In this document: piece by piece, positions 8,837 to 18,719 of the stretch | Position numbering within the stretch: position 1 is the stretch's first letter | How the letters are laid out: the number at the start of each line of letters is the position of its first letter | Assembly: GCA_964558645.1 (NCBI GenBank) | Contig: CAZLEV010000004.1 | Location: 107,442-171,441 of the forward strand | Length of the DNA stretch: 64,000 nt | Source: an uncultured archaeon | GTDB lineage: Archaea; Asgardarchaeota; Thorarchaeia; Thorarchaeales; Thorarchaeaceae | Direction of reading: 5' to 3' | Notes under the pieces: model-generated | Told to the model about the DNA's origin: nothing | What the model saw: the letters and a program-made list of their open reading frames with translations, nothing else | Databases searched by the model: none | Program-made: the position numbers and the translations under genes

Positions 8837-10918
8837 ATGACTACCGAGAGCTTGGTGAGAGTTGGTCCAGTATTCATACCTCAATCGGAGGTCCAGCTAG
8901 GAGAATTCCGGGGTTTATACGACCACCAAGTGGCAACAATCGAGTCAGACAGTAATGTGATAGTTGTCGATGCCCCTACCGGCGCCGGGAAGACACTTGC
9001 GGCACTCGCGCGAGTTCTTGAACGTAATCTCCCGACCGTCTTTGTCTATCCTACAAACTCGCTGGTGAGAGATCAAGCCCGAGCGATTAAAAAGCTACTT
9101 GGAAGGCTCGGCCGAAAAGCGAATCTGATTGACAAAGAGTGGACTCCCGAGGAGATGAAGAACGAACCAAGCGATATTGTTGATGTGCTTCACTTCACCG
9201 GTGAAACTCTAGAAGACCTAGCGGCTGGTGGTGCAAAGGGGACCGCACTCGAGAAGATTCTGAAGGGAACCTATCAGGAGGGGCGACTTCGGCTGATACT
9301 CACGAATCCAGATATGCTCTATATCGCCATGAGCGGAAGATACGCACATCACGGACGAATCATCGAGCAACTTGATACCTTCAAGACCTTTGTTGTGGAC
9401 GAGTTTCACCTCTATTCTGGCCCATCTCTTGCCCGTCTTGTCTTCATGCTCAACCATCTCAGGGTGAACGAGGCAGATCCTGCGATCGATGTTGTGTTCT
9501 TGAGTGCCACTCATGGAGAGACTCTCGATCTCATCACCAATACGTACAAGGATGTAGACATCATTAGGGTGGAACCACTGGTTGAACCCGGCAAGATGCG
9601 CAGACAAGTAAGGCACGAAACAACCTGTGCCCTCACAACGAAGAACAGGGTGATGACGGCCACAGATGATGTGGACCAAGTTGCGGAGGCCCTCATCGAG
9701 TTCTACTCTCGTGGTTATCACTGGCCCAAGGGAAAACCGAATGTGAAGGTGCTGGGCATATTCTCATCTGTTACCTTCGCAGTGCAAGTTGCCGATACCG
9801 TGAAGAGAAGACTCAATGAGAGCGGTCAAGCAGGAGAGCAAATAGTCAGACAGCTTCACGGGCTCATCCCACACAGCACCCGTCCCGATATCGACGAGCT
9901 ATCAGAATGCATACTTGTGGGAACCTCAGCCATAGAGGTGGGAGTTGATTTTGATGTGCCCTTCTTGGTCATGGAGGCACATGATCTGGCATCGTTCTTA
10001 CAGAGGTTTGGTAGAGGTGGGAGACACAACAGGTGTGAATGTGTTCTCTATCTCCCAAATACGATGGTTGACCGACTCAAGGATGCCTCAATGTGGACGT
10101 TTCCTGAGTTCGTTGATCTGGCCGTGGAAGCGTTCCGAGAGCTTCCCTCCTACGCTGGCTTCATGTGTAGCCCCCAGGCCAGAGAGATGCTGCTGTCAAT
10201 GGCTCTTGCGGGGAGTCAGGAGCTCCAATTCTATCCAGAGAGAAGAATGACCTATGATCTCCAGTCAGCAGTGGAGTACTTCCGTTTTCTCGTTGATGCT
10301 AACGCAACAGCAAGCCTTGGTGATAGGCCTCTGTCGGAAACAATAGGTTCCCTTGACTCGAAAATCATTGAGATTGACCTCGGGCATCCACGGGTCAAGA
10401 CTATGGCGGAGTATAGTTTTCTGAGGGGCACAATGAACTCGATTCTCGTTGTCTTTCCCGGAGCTCTTGTTGGAAGCGAGCTTGAGAGAGTCTATTCTGA
10501 ACTTGATGTGTTCGAAGTCTTCAGACTGAGGGGTAGACTTGCGAGTGCCCGGAATCATTGGGAGAGGCTCCCATCTGGATACAAGCGGAGATATGATGAG
10601 AATGACCCCATCTTCATTGTGGACGAGCTTGGGCGAGCCGAGTATCCGCGCGTCATGTTGACGCCTGATGCCTATTGCAGAAGACACACAGCTGTGTTCA
10701 GTGATGAGGTCACAATACGAGTAAGCAATACCCAGATGCGACAGGTACTTCGAGACCTCCTTGAGAACCGTAACCTCGTCTACTTCTGGCGTGGAATGAC
10801 GAAGATGATAGACTATCGCATCCCCCGCATCTACGCGGAAGACGAGAATGGTGCTGTGGTCATCGGTGACTGGGCCTTGGTCGCAGAATATCTCAACAAA
10901 AGGGAGGAAGCAAGATGA
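8837..10918 (+). CDS. cas3: Type I-D helicase Cas3' (no HD domain)
   Basis: APTGAGKT, YPTNSL, DEFH, SAT, GTSAIEVGVDF, QRFGRGGRH SF2 motifs; no N-terminal HD domain. Confidence 0.93.
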   Translation: MTTESLVRVGPVFIPQSEVQLGEFRGLYDHQVATIESDSNVIVVDAPTGAGKTLAALARVLERNLPTVFVYPTNSLVRDQARAIKKLLGRLGRKANLIDKEWTPEEMKNEPSDIVDVLHFTGETLEDLAAGGAKGTALEKILKGTYQEGRLRLILTNPDMLYIAMSGRYAHHGRIIEQLDTFKTFVVDEFHLYSGPSLARLVFMLNHLRVNEADPAIDVVFLSATHGETLDLITNTYKDVDIIRVEPLVEPGKMRRQVRHETTCALTTKNRVMTATDDVDQVAEALIEFYSRGYHWPKGKPNVKVLGIFSSVTFAVQVADTVKRRLNESGQAGEQIVRQLHGLIPHSTRPDIDELSECILVGTSAIEVGVDFDVPFLVMEAHDLASFLQRFGRGGRHNRCECVLYLPNTMVDRLKDASMWTFPEFVDLAVEAFRELPSYAGFMCSPQAREMLLSMALAGSQELQFYPERRMTYDLQSAVEYFRFLVDANATASLGDRPLSETIGSLDSKIIEIDLGHPRVKTMAEYSFLRGTMNSILVVFPGALVGSELERVYSELDVFEVFRLRGRLASARNHWERLPSGYKRRYDENDPIFIVDELGRAEYPRVMLTPDAYCRRHTAVFSDEVTIRVSNTQMRQVLRDLLENRNLVYFWRGMTKMIDYRIPRIYAEDENGAVVIGDWALVAEYLNKREEAR

Positions 10919-11727
10919 TATCACTTGAGTTCCACGTAATGAGTCCGTTCTCAGGCAGTCTAGACTATACGGGCAGTCCCCTGCGAGCGGCCTTTCTGAA
11001 TCTCATGAAGGAATGCGACGGAGACCTGAGCCAGCAGATCCATGCTGAGGGTGCCATCCGACAGTATGCGCTCCACCCCTTTCCGTTCGATCGGAGAAGA
11101 TTCATGACCCAGTTCACAGAGGGAGAGGAGTATAACTTTAGAATCAATCTACTCAACGCGGACAAATTCAGGGATGCAATCCGGAGCATAGCACTGGGCA
11201 TCCGATCCGACATGAGGCTTCACCACCACAAGTTTCCGATACGAAGGATTGACTTTGATCATAACGACGCCGATAGGCTGATGGCGCAATGGACGGAACC
11301 TGTCAGGACTGCAGATGCGGACTCGATGAAGGTGAACATGCATTTCGAAACCCCCACCCAACTATCGGTCTATGGCAGCGAGTATGCATGCGTGCTGCCT
11401 CAACCCGAACGGGTCTTCACCTCCCTGTTGAGAGTCTGGAGTTCTCTGGAAAGAAGGTCCACGCTGGAGTATGTCTCGGAGTATCGGGACTGGGTTGAAC
11501 AGAATGTACACATCAACTGGCACCGACTACATACTGCTGCCGTCCCGATAGGACGACGGCGGCAAGTTGTGGGATTCGTTGGTGAAGTTGTCTACACGAT
11601 CGATGAGGTGGAGTCTCAACTGGCAACTCTCACTCTTGGACTGGCCAAGTTTGCAGAATACTGCAATGTGGGGAAGAACCGGACCGCTGGATTGGGCAAA
11701 GTATCTGTGGAACTGAGTGAGGGCTGA
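10915..11727 (+). CDS. cas6: CRISPR endoribonuclease Cas6
   Basis: FETPT, GFVGEVVY and C-terminal G-rich loop VGKNRTAGLGKV. Confidence 0.93.
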   Translation: MISLEFHVMSPFSGSLDYTGSPLRAAFLNLMKECDGDLSQQIHAEGAIRQYALHPFPFDRRRFMTQFTEGEEYNFRINLLNADKFRDAIRSIALGIRSDMRLHHHKFPIRRIDFDHNDADRLMAQWTEPVRTADADSMKVNMHFETPTQLSVYGSEYACVLPQPERVFTSLLRVWSSLERRSTLEYVSEYRDWVEQNVHINWHRLHTAAVPIGRRRQVVGFVGEVVYTIDEVESQLATLTLGLAKFAEYCNVGKNRTAGLGKVSVELSEG

Positions 11728-11764
11728 ACTTGGATGAAAGGGCATGTGAAGGTTGGAGGAAACG

Positions 11765-12709
11765 ATGTATCTGATACCTGAGAATGTGAAGAGGCGACTG
11801 TTGAGAAGGTACCGCAAGCGCTCCCGCGAGATTGTCGTGGATGAGAGATTCAGGGGATGGTCATGGGAGTATCCGCCGCTGGATCCACCATACGACATCT
11901 ATCTGTCACTGAGTGAAATAGCCGGCAGGTATTGCGGATCCATGCGCGATATCTACCTGAAACACGTTGAGGGGCTCAGGAAGCCGACAACTGCCAAAAT
12001 GATAATGGGGGGCCTCTATCATGAACTTGTGGCTCTGGTCTTCGAGAACGCCAAACGCGGACTCTACAGTCTAGGTCAGGTTACGGGTGCTGAACTCGGC
12101 GAACATCTTGCTGAGATCCGTGATAACATCATTGAAGATATGATCCACAAGAGTAGAAGGCCAGAGATCACTGACCGTGGTGGGGAGTGGGATTCCGATA
12201 CCATCAAGACGAACCTGTCATGGATTTGGGACTACGCCGTCAATCAGATCATTGCATCTGTCGACCACGTCCGTGCAGAGCAACCGTATATCGGACTTGA
12301 TGCCCTGGTCAGCACAGCACTGCCTATTGTGGTTGAACAGAAGCTCGACGGGCGAAATCTTGGACTCAGCGGATACCTGAGTGCAGATGCATACGGTACC
12401 GAGGGGGTTGTTATGGACATCAAGACCGGACGAAAATGGAGGTTTCACCGGCTGGCAACCACAGGCTATGCGCTGGTCATTGAGAGCATTCATGAGTACC
12501 CCGTGGATGTCGGTTGTATCATCTATAGCTGGTTTGAGGGTTGTCCAAAGCCAACAGTCACGTATGAGGTTCACAGTATTGACGAACCCCTGAGACAGGA
12601 ATTCATCGAGAGCAGGGACGAGGCCATGAAGATTGTCTACGATGAGCGCGATCCGGGTCTACCAACGAAGTGCTATGAGGACTGCCCGTACTGGCACCAC
12701 TGTCACTGA
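11765..12709 (+). CDS. csa1: Cas4-family protein Csa1 (Cas4a, I-A type)
   Basis: RGWSWEYPPLDP, RYCGSMRDIYL, LSADA...DIKTG, TGYALVIES, C-terminal CYEDCPYWHHC. Confidence 0.85.
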   Translation: MYLIPENVKRRLLRRYRKRSREIVVDERFRGWSWEYPPLDPPYDIYLSLSEIAGRYCGSMRDIYLKHVEGLRKPTTAKMIMGGLYHELVALVFENAKRGLYSLGQVTGAELGEHLAEIRDNIIEDMIHKSRRPEITDRGGEWDSDTIKTNLSWIWDYAVNQIIASVDHVRAEQPYIGLDALVSTALPIVVEQKLDGRNLGLSGYLSADAYGTEGVVMDIKTGRKWRFHRLATTGYALVIESIHEYPVDVGCIIYSWFEGCPKPTVTYEVHSIDEPLRQEFIESRDEAMKIVYDERDPGLPTKCYEDCPYWHHCH

Positions 12710-12760
12710 AAAAAGAAACACAGCTCCGAGCGAATGCGACCAGGCAAGACCGCTCGGAGC
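12710..12760 (-). terminator. GC-rich hairpin with T-rich tail on the minus strand
   Basis: Perfect 10-bp arms GCTCCGAGCG (12723-12732) / CGCTCGGAGC (12751-12760); followed on the minus strand by TGTGTTTCTTTTTT. Confidence 0.55.
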
Positions 12761-13010
12761 CTTCAATTGAACTAGGGTGGGGCGCTCGGGCCCCTGACCC
12801 GAACGGGCCGCAGGATTACCACGGCCAGTCAGGATCCTCAGGATCGAAGACAACTGCGAACATAGTCATCGACGATAATGAGGCGGGTCATAGTGAAGGC
12901 TTGAAGCGGTTCAAGTGGCCGACGTAGACGAAACTTGAACAGGTAAAGGAAAGTTTCCCTTGGAATGGAAAGTCTTATCGGAAGGCTGTACATCCGTTCT
13001 GCGGCGAAAA

Positions 13011-13661
13011 ATGAAACTCCACGTGGCCACACTGGGACTTCACGCAAACGAACGCGTACTTAGCTCGATAATGAAGAGGGGTGCTGACGCGGCCGCCATC
13101 TTCTACACCGAGAAGAACAAGTCTGAGCTGGTTGAGTTAGAGTCCCTCTTCAAGAGCCATGGCATTCCAGTGGAGAGCATCCAGACAGACCCCTGGTCCT
13201 TTGAGAAGATTCTAGCAGACATTCTCGAGGTGGTTGCGAGATACCCCGATGCAGATGTGGAGTTCAACGGCTCATGTGGGACGCGGGTCATGACAGCGGC
13301 GGTGTACATGGCGGCAATCCTCACGAAGTCAACGGTCCTGATCGTTTCCGAGGAGAAAGACGGAGGCCCAGTGGGTCCACTGCTTACGATTGAACCGGGG
13401 CAAACACTACAGATCACCAGACCCAAGGCCAACATCCTTGAAAGGCTCATCGAAAAGGGTTGTTTTGTTGAGTCTCAGAGTCTGCTTGGCTCACGGAAGA
13501 GTCTGAAGTCAGGCTCCATCACCAAACACCTGCAGGATCTGGAACGCGCCGGCTATGTCAAACGAAAGAAGAACGGTCGTAAGAAGAGTGTCACATTGAC
13601 CGACCTGGGCAGGGCTCTATACAACGTGAAGAAGGTCAGGAAACAGAGGGTCTGGGGGTGA
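13011..13661 (+). CDS. csa3: Csa3-like CARF + winged-HTH transcriptional regulator
   Basis: HVATLG N-terminus, FNGSCGTRVM CARF motif, C-terminal wHTH (SITKHLQDLERAGYV...LTDLGR). Confidence 0.82.
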   Translation: MKLHVATLGLHANERVLSSIMKRGADAAAIFYTEKNKSELVELESLFKSHGIPVESIQTDPWSFEKILADILEVVARYPDADVEFNGSCGTRVMTAAVYMAAILTKSTVLIVSEEKDGGPVGPLLTIEPGQTLQITRPKANILERLIEKGCFVESQSLLGSRKSLKSGSITKHLQDLERAGYVKRKKNGRKKSVTLTDLGRALYNVKKVRKQRVWG

Positions 13662-13716
13662 CAGGGCGCTGACTTCAGGCACTCCCCTGTCCTATAAGAT
13701 AGAGGAACTCCCTCGT

Positions 13717-15291
13717 GTGTGGCAGCATTACTCGCAAGACATCGAGAATCGCTTTGGGCTGAGGACATCTTCGCCCCCGAAATCGCTCGAATGTGCAGAA
13801 GCAGGAGAGGAGATGCCCCCTCATGGCTCACTCAGAACAGAAGACACCCTCCTTCTCACCGAGGAGCTCGTCCAGAAGCATATACCTCTGCAAGGAGCGA
13901 TCGCTGCTGAGGCATTGAGAAGTGCCATCGATGGGTTCAGTGTATGTGACCAGGCCAAGGCCGACCTGACAATGGAGTATGCCCGGCAGATGCTTACCGG
14001 CGGTGAACAGGAGGCATGGGTGGAGTGGTGGACCTCTGCATACCCACGAGAGAGAGTCCCGCCTAATCTCATACACCATCCCGAGAGGAGCTATAGACGC
14101 CTCCACAGGCTGACCGGGCAGGAGGGACTGAATAACCTCATTCAAGTGCTCAGGAAGATGTCACCAGAACAGGGACTTCTTCAGAAAGTGGAGTATGTGC
14201 GGCTTCTCCATATCAAGATACGAGAGATGAGCTCTGCTCTGACCGAAACAGAACTACAGATTGCCAAGACTCTTGTCAAATATCCCGAGAAGAGCTATAC
14301 TGAGATAGCTGGAATAACCGGCTACAGCAGTCAGTGGGTTGCAGAGAACATACGCAAGATGAAGAGAAGAGGTGTCCTTCGCGAGTTCCAGCAGGTCAGA
14401 TTCTCCAAGGTGGGAATCAGGATGTTCAACGTTCTTCTTGGTTCGTCTGAGCACGAAACCGACCCATTGCAACTGTTGGAGAGCTGCCCCTTTCTCTATG
14501 GACATAGAAGGCTACTGACCGGGTGGTGGAATCTCCATGCGGTGCTCACAGTGCCTGATTCGGTACGCAGCATGAAGGCGGTTGAGCGATTCCCTGCTCT
14601 GGCGAACCGATGGAAGGTGGAAGTTCAGATATCAGAGGTCAAGAGCTCAGGTACAGACTATTCATTCAATCACTATGACTGCAATGAAGGACAGTGGAGA
14701 ATCCCCTGGCTCGCTCTCCGAGAAGCGGCAGTAGAACTCCGAGACGGCGAACTGGAGATGGAAGGGGTCAGTCTGGAACCAGCTGAACCAGTCATCAAAT
14801 ACAAGCTAGACAGGCTTGACATTGAGATCATGGATGCCATCAGACGACTAGTGCCGAGTATCGCGGCAATCAGGGCAGATGTGCAGGCCAGCCAGAACAA
14901 AGTCGCAAGAAAGGTTCGGAAACTTCGAGAGCTTGGCGTCATCACAACTCGCTGGGAGATGCATAACATCGGCCTCATCGAGGGGTGTATCCTGCGTGCG
15001 CGCGAGTCTGCAGCGGTGTCTGCATTGCTCTCGTGGACGAAGTTCCTGCCGCGTTCAATTGTGTCGCTAGATGGTGAGGGGGGCCTGTTTGTTTCATCCT
15101 ATCTCCCGATGGGAGGGGGGTATGGCGCCATCAGAGCCGCAAAGGGTCTTGGGCCAAATGTTACCACGGACCTTGTCGGTGACTATGTGTACGGAGGATG
15201 GGGATTCCCAGCTGAACTCTGGGACAAAGACAGGCAGCTGTGGACCGAGCCAAGCGAGAGAATCATGGATTGGGCCGAATCACTCAGGTGA
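13717..15291 (+). CDS. Large regulator with N-terminal helical domain and tandem Lrp/AsnC-like HTH-RAM modules
   Basis: Two HTH segments (YTEIAGITGYSSQWVAENIRKM; IAAIRADVQASQNKVARKVRKL); full-length paralog of 19916-21532. Confidence 0.75.
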   Translation: MWQHYSQDIENRFGLRTSSPPKSLECAEAGEEMPPHGSLRTEDTLLLTEELVQKHIPLQGAIAAEALRSAIDGFSVCDQAKADLTMEYARQMLTGGEQEAWVEWWTSAYPRERVPPNLIHHPERSYRRLHRLTGQEGLNNLIQVLRKMSPEQGLLQKVEYVRLLHIKIREMSSALTETELQIAKTLVKYPEKSYTEIAGITGYSSQWVAENIRKMKRRGVLREFQQVRFSKVGIRMFNVLLGSSEHETDPLQLLESCPFLYGHRRLLTGWWNLHAVLTVPDSVRSMKAVERFPALANRWKVEVQISEVKSSGTDYSFNHYDCNEGQWRIPWLALREAAVELRDGELEMEGVSLEPAEPVIKYKLDRLDIEIMDAIRRLVPSIAAIRADVQASQNKVARKVRKLRELGVITTRWEMHNIGLIEGCILRARESAAVSALLSWTKFLPRSIVSLDGEGGLFVSSYLPMGGGYGAIRAAKGLGPNVTTDLVGDYVYGGWGFPAELWDKDRQLWTEPSERIMDWAESLR

Positions 15292-15566
15292 ACCAGGACA
15301 AATGTCTCGTTCTGGAGGACCCGACAAGGGGTCGCATGAATGAGCATGCACAATGGGAACCACTGCCCCAAGATACTATCGGAAGGACAACTGATTTCCG
15401 GTCAATACGAAAACGCGACGACTGGAACGACCTTCGAAGAGTACTGCGTGATGGGACTTCGATTTGGAATGAATGAAACTTGAGAAGCTCACTTGGGCTA
15501 TGAAGCAGCTTGGTGCTCTCGAGGATTTGGAACGTGCAGAGATTGAAAGAGTTGAAGAAGAGAAAG

Positions 15567-15590
15567 GAAGAGGTGGCGTTCCACCTCTTC
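15567..15590 (-). terminator. Hairpin downstream of the surface-protein gene
   Basis: GAAGAGGTGG-CGTT-CCACCTCTTC perfect 10-bp stem with pyrimidine tail on the minus strand. Confidence 0.6.
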
Positions 15591-15597
15591 AATTCGA

Positions 15598-18585
15598 CTA
15601 CTTCGCCTTGGTCTTCGGAAGTATCACAAAGACAACCAAGAGAATGCCAGCTACCCCAACAACAGCAACTATGACAAGAGGCACCAAGAGGTCGCCTCCT
15701 TCCGGTGGAGGAGAGGTTGTAGTGGTGGTACTTGTGGTCGTAGTCGTAGTCGTAGTCGTAGTCGTAGTCGTTGTGGTCGTGGTCGTCACTGGAACTTCGT
15801 TCACGGTCACGAGGACTGTGTCAGAGATGCTATTGCCACCATCATCGAATAGCAAGATTGTGAGGTTGTAGTTGCCCACGGAATAGCCATCCAAGGAAAC
15901 CAAGACATAGTAGCTCGTAGCATTCCAATCGCCACTGAGTTTTACCGCTCCGTTCTCAAAGACTGTGAAGTTGTGAGGACGTAGATCGCTGATACTCCAA
16001 TTAACAGAGTTACCAACCTCGCCCACCGTCATCTCAATATCTTCTGGTGAGTCCACTGTCGGTATCATAGTATCAACAACATTGATGTAGTGAGTCTTGG
16101 TAACTGAGTTGCCTGCATAGTCATGAACGCTAACTGTGATGTAATGTGTACCAAGAGATTCGTCATCAAGGTTCCAGTTCTGCGAATAAGGAGCTGTATA
16201 GTCATTAATCCCACCACCGCCATCAATATTGAATGTAACATACTCCACTCCAGAACCAGGATCATCTGCAGTCACTGTAATTGTCAGCAACCCTTCCTGA
16301 TCTGAGTTGTTGAGGGGGGTATCAATGGTGAGGGTTGGAGCAACATCATCACCAATCGTATACGAGTAGTATGATCCATCATTATCATCAATTGTTTCAA
16401 GACCATTACCATCAGTTGCAGTGACATAGAATTGAACTTCTGTGGTGTAGGGTTGTGCTGGAATCGACACTTCATAATGTCCGTCAACATGACTAGCAAT
16501 GAGTGTGTCTTCACTCATCCAATTATCAGTTGTGTAGGTCAGTTGCACCTCCGCAACCCCGGGTCTATCATCAAAGGCCAGTATTGAGACCTGCGTAGGA
16601 TCTGCATAATCTGGGAATGCCGTATCAATTGAAATAGAGTCAATGTGGGGCGGTGTTGTATCCATGAGGTGGACATCGTCTACAAGCAGAGTAACAACGG
16701 ATTCAGTTCCATCGTAGACTGACAGAGTATCGATGATAATCTGGGAGAGATATACATCTTCAGTTATTCCAAAGAGATTTGCAGCATCATCAGTAATATT
16801 CCGAATCAGGTTATTCCAAGTTCCAGTGGTATTGAAGGCCTCAGCAAAGATATACTTCATACTGCTAATGTTTGTGGGACTATAGGATCCTGCTGAACCA
16901 AGGACATAGTAGATGTGATAAGATGCATTCAGTGTGAGTCGAACATATGCAAACGAATTTCCATTGTCACTCATATGGTCTAAACGCCACCATAGACTGA
17001 ATGCATCATTCGCATTCACGTCAGCGTATGTATTTCTGAAGACCCCTGCGGCGTCAGTAGATGAAGTCAATGGGGTTAGATTACAGGCATACGTTCCCGA
17101 GTGCGAATCCAGCGTACGACTGATGACTCCAGTTTCACCGTTCCACATCGACCAGCCTGCAAAAGGCGTATGGAAATTCTCAAACCAATCCTGCTCGAAC
17201 CCAGGATCTCCTGCCGGGTAAGAAAGCACATGAAGATTATCAAGCAGTAGACTGGACTGAGAATCCGTGCCAGAAGCAGAGATGTAGAACTGCATCATTG
17301 TGACCGCACAATCCTCTGCGAATCCAGATGCCACAATATAGTCATACATGTCAATGGAAGCGTGATGCCATGTTTCATAGTCCGAGTATCCATCAAGTGC
17401 AAAGTATACATCTGATGTGCTATTCGTGTATAGTAGCGTCTCCTGACCATAACCTATGATGAAATGAATCTTGAAACTATGAGTTGCATCAGCGAGAGTG
17501 ACATCAAGCTGCGCGTATTGCCACGCAGCGCCATCAATATTGCAATTGAATTTCCAATCGAATTCTATGACAAACAATCCTGGCGAATTTGGATATAGAG
17601 TTGCAGGATGATTGTTGAAATCTAAGCCCCAGAAATGCCTCCTTAGGCCAGCGTATGAGGAAGCAGTCGAGGTAGAAGAGGTCGTCATGTTCAGTGAATA
17701 CGTTCCTTCAGTGGCATCTAGGGAAGGGTTGACGAAACAGGGATCGGTGTTATATTTTCCCCAAGTGGCAACATTCCCGGTTTCAAAATCTCCATTGGGA
17801 AGCCATCCTGAGTACGTTCCATTTGTGAGAGAGACTTCATCGATAATAGCCTCAATCGGGTCTGACGCAGTCTCAGGAGCTTGTAAGTGCCAGCTAATTG
17901 AATAGACATAGCGAGATGAATCCAGAGATCCTAGAATCGTAGTATCCCAATCATCTAACAAGTTCTGGGAGAAGTTATGCCAGTCACCAATGGTGCTATT
18001 CATCAGGAAATATAGACCATTTGAGTAATTGCCAACGGACGCAATCTTATAGCTGAAGTAGTAGAAAAGATTGACATACGAGTTTGTACTGTTTCTAGTA
18101 GCAATATTCAGATGCATCTGTGATCCCTCCTGCAAATCGGGATTGGCAAGAATCTTGTAACAGAAATCGAGGGTCAGACCTTCGCTAAGATATGGATAGG
18201 GGGGAGTACTGGGAGCTCTTGACAGATAGGCACTACCAGGCCCACGCGGGACACCAGCAGCTGCGAAGTATCCAGCATAAGATCCAGCATATGTGTCAGC
18301 TGTGTAATTGGCATCAGAGTACGCATACCCTGAAGCAAACCCACTGTAACTTGAAGGCCAGTTGTTGCCCTCATATGCCTCAAATCCGGGGTTTTGATTG
18401 ACGTTCATCTTCAGACCATCAATTTCAGCAGCTGGCTGATACTCTGGCTCCATTAGTTCAAGGTCCAACGAATCAGATGCTACAGGTCGATTATCTGAGA
18501 CTATCGCTGTCGGTACCAAAAATACCGAGCCCAATAGAACTACCATCATCAGATAGACAAAAGCGTGCTTCTTGTGCATTCTCAT
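15598..18585 (-). CDS. Secreted, membrane-anchored surface glycoprotein (three CBM-like repeats, Ig-like domains, Thr linker, C-terminal TM)
   Basis: Signal peptide; repeats starting NPGFE / NGDFE / DPGFE; many N-x-S/T sequons; poly-Thr; TM helix plus basic tail PKTKAK. Confidence 0.85.
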   Translation of the reverse strand: MRMHKKHAFVYLMMVVLLGSVFLVPTAIVSDNRPVASDSLDLELMEPEYQPAAEIDGLKMNVNQNPGFEAYEGNNWPSSYSGFASGYAYSDANYTADTYAGSYAGYFAAAGVPRGPGSAYLSRAPSTPPYPYLSEGLTLDFCYKILANPDLQEGSQMHLNIATRNSTNSYVNLFYYFSYKIASVGNYSNGLYFLMNSTIGDWHNFSQNLLDDWDTTILGSLDSSRYVYSISWHLQAPETASDPIEAIIDEVSLTNGTYSGWLPNGDFETGNVATWGKYNTDPCFVNPSLDATEGTYSLNMTTSSTSTASSYAGLRRHFWGLDFNNHPATLYPNSPGLFVIEFDWKFNCNIDGAAWQYAQLDVTLADATHSFKIHFIIGYGQETLLYTNSTSDVYFALDGYSDYETWHHASIDMYDYIVASGFAEDCAVTMMQFYISASGTDSQSSLLLDNLHVLSYPAGDPGFEQDWFENFHTPFAGWSMWNGETGVISRTLDSHSGTYACNLTPLTSSTDAAGVFRNTYADVNANDAFSLWWRLDHMSDNGNSFAYVRLTLNASYHIYYVLGSAGSYSPTNISSMKYIFAEAFNTTGTWNNLIRNITDDAANLFGITEDVYLSQIIIDTLSVYDGTESVVTLLVDDVHLMDTTPPHIDSISIDTAFPDYADPTQVSILAFDDRPGVAEVQLTYTTDNWMSEDTLIASHVDGHYEVSIPAQPYTTEVQFYVTATDGNGLETIDDNDGSYYSYTIGDDVAPTLTIDTPLNNSDQEGLLTITVTADDPGSGVEYVTFNIDGGGGINDYTAPYSQNWNLDDESLGTHYITVSVHDYAGNSVTKTHYINVVDTMIPTVDSPEDIEMTVGEVGNSVNWSISDLRPHNFTVFENGAVKLSGDWNATSYYVLVSLDGYSVGNYNLTILLFDDGGNSISDTVLVTVNEVPVTTTTTTTTTTTTTTTTTTSTTTTTSPPPEGGDLLVPLVIVAVVGVAGILLVVFVILPKTKAK
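15715..15786. repeat. Low-complexity (GTAGTC)n / (GTN)n tract encoding the poly-Thr linker
   Basis: GTCGTAGTCGTAGTCGTAGTC... seen directly. Confidence 0.9.
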
Positions 18586-18719
18586 ATCACACTCGGTCCT
18601 GATTCTGCGGAATCAAGATTCCTTTTTTCTAGTTACAGGGAGAGATATTTGTTCCTGAAGCTGTGATTATCAAATTAGTAAAACTTTATCATATAAAATA
18701 TTGTTTTGAAAAGATTATT

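Noticed and set aside
12878-12904. Mini-ORF ATG AGG CGG... as a CreT-like rare-codon toxin
   Set aside because: AGG and CGG are common in the surrounding genes and there is no SD.
15473-15871. Poly-Val ORF on the plus strand
   Set aside because: Antisense shadow of the poly-Thr linker.
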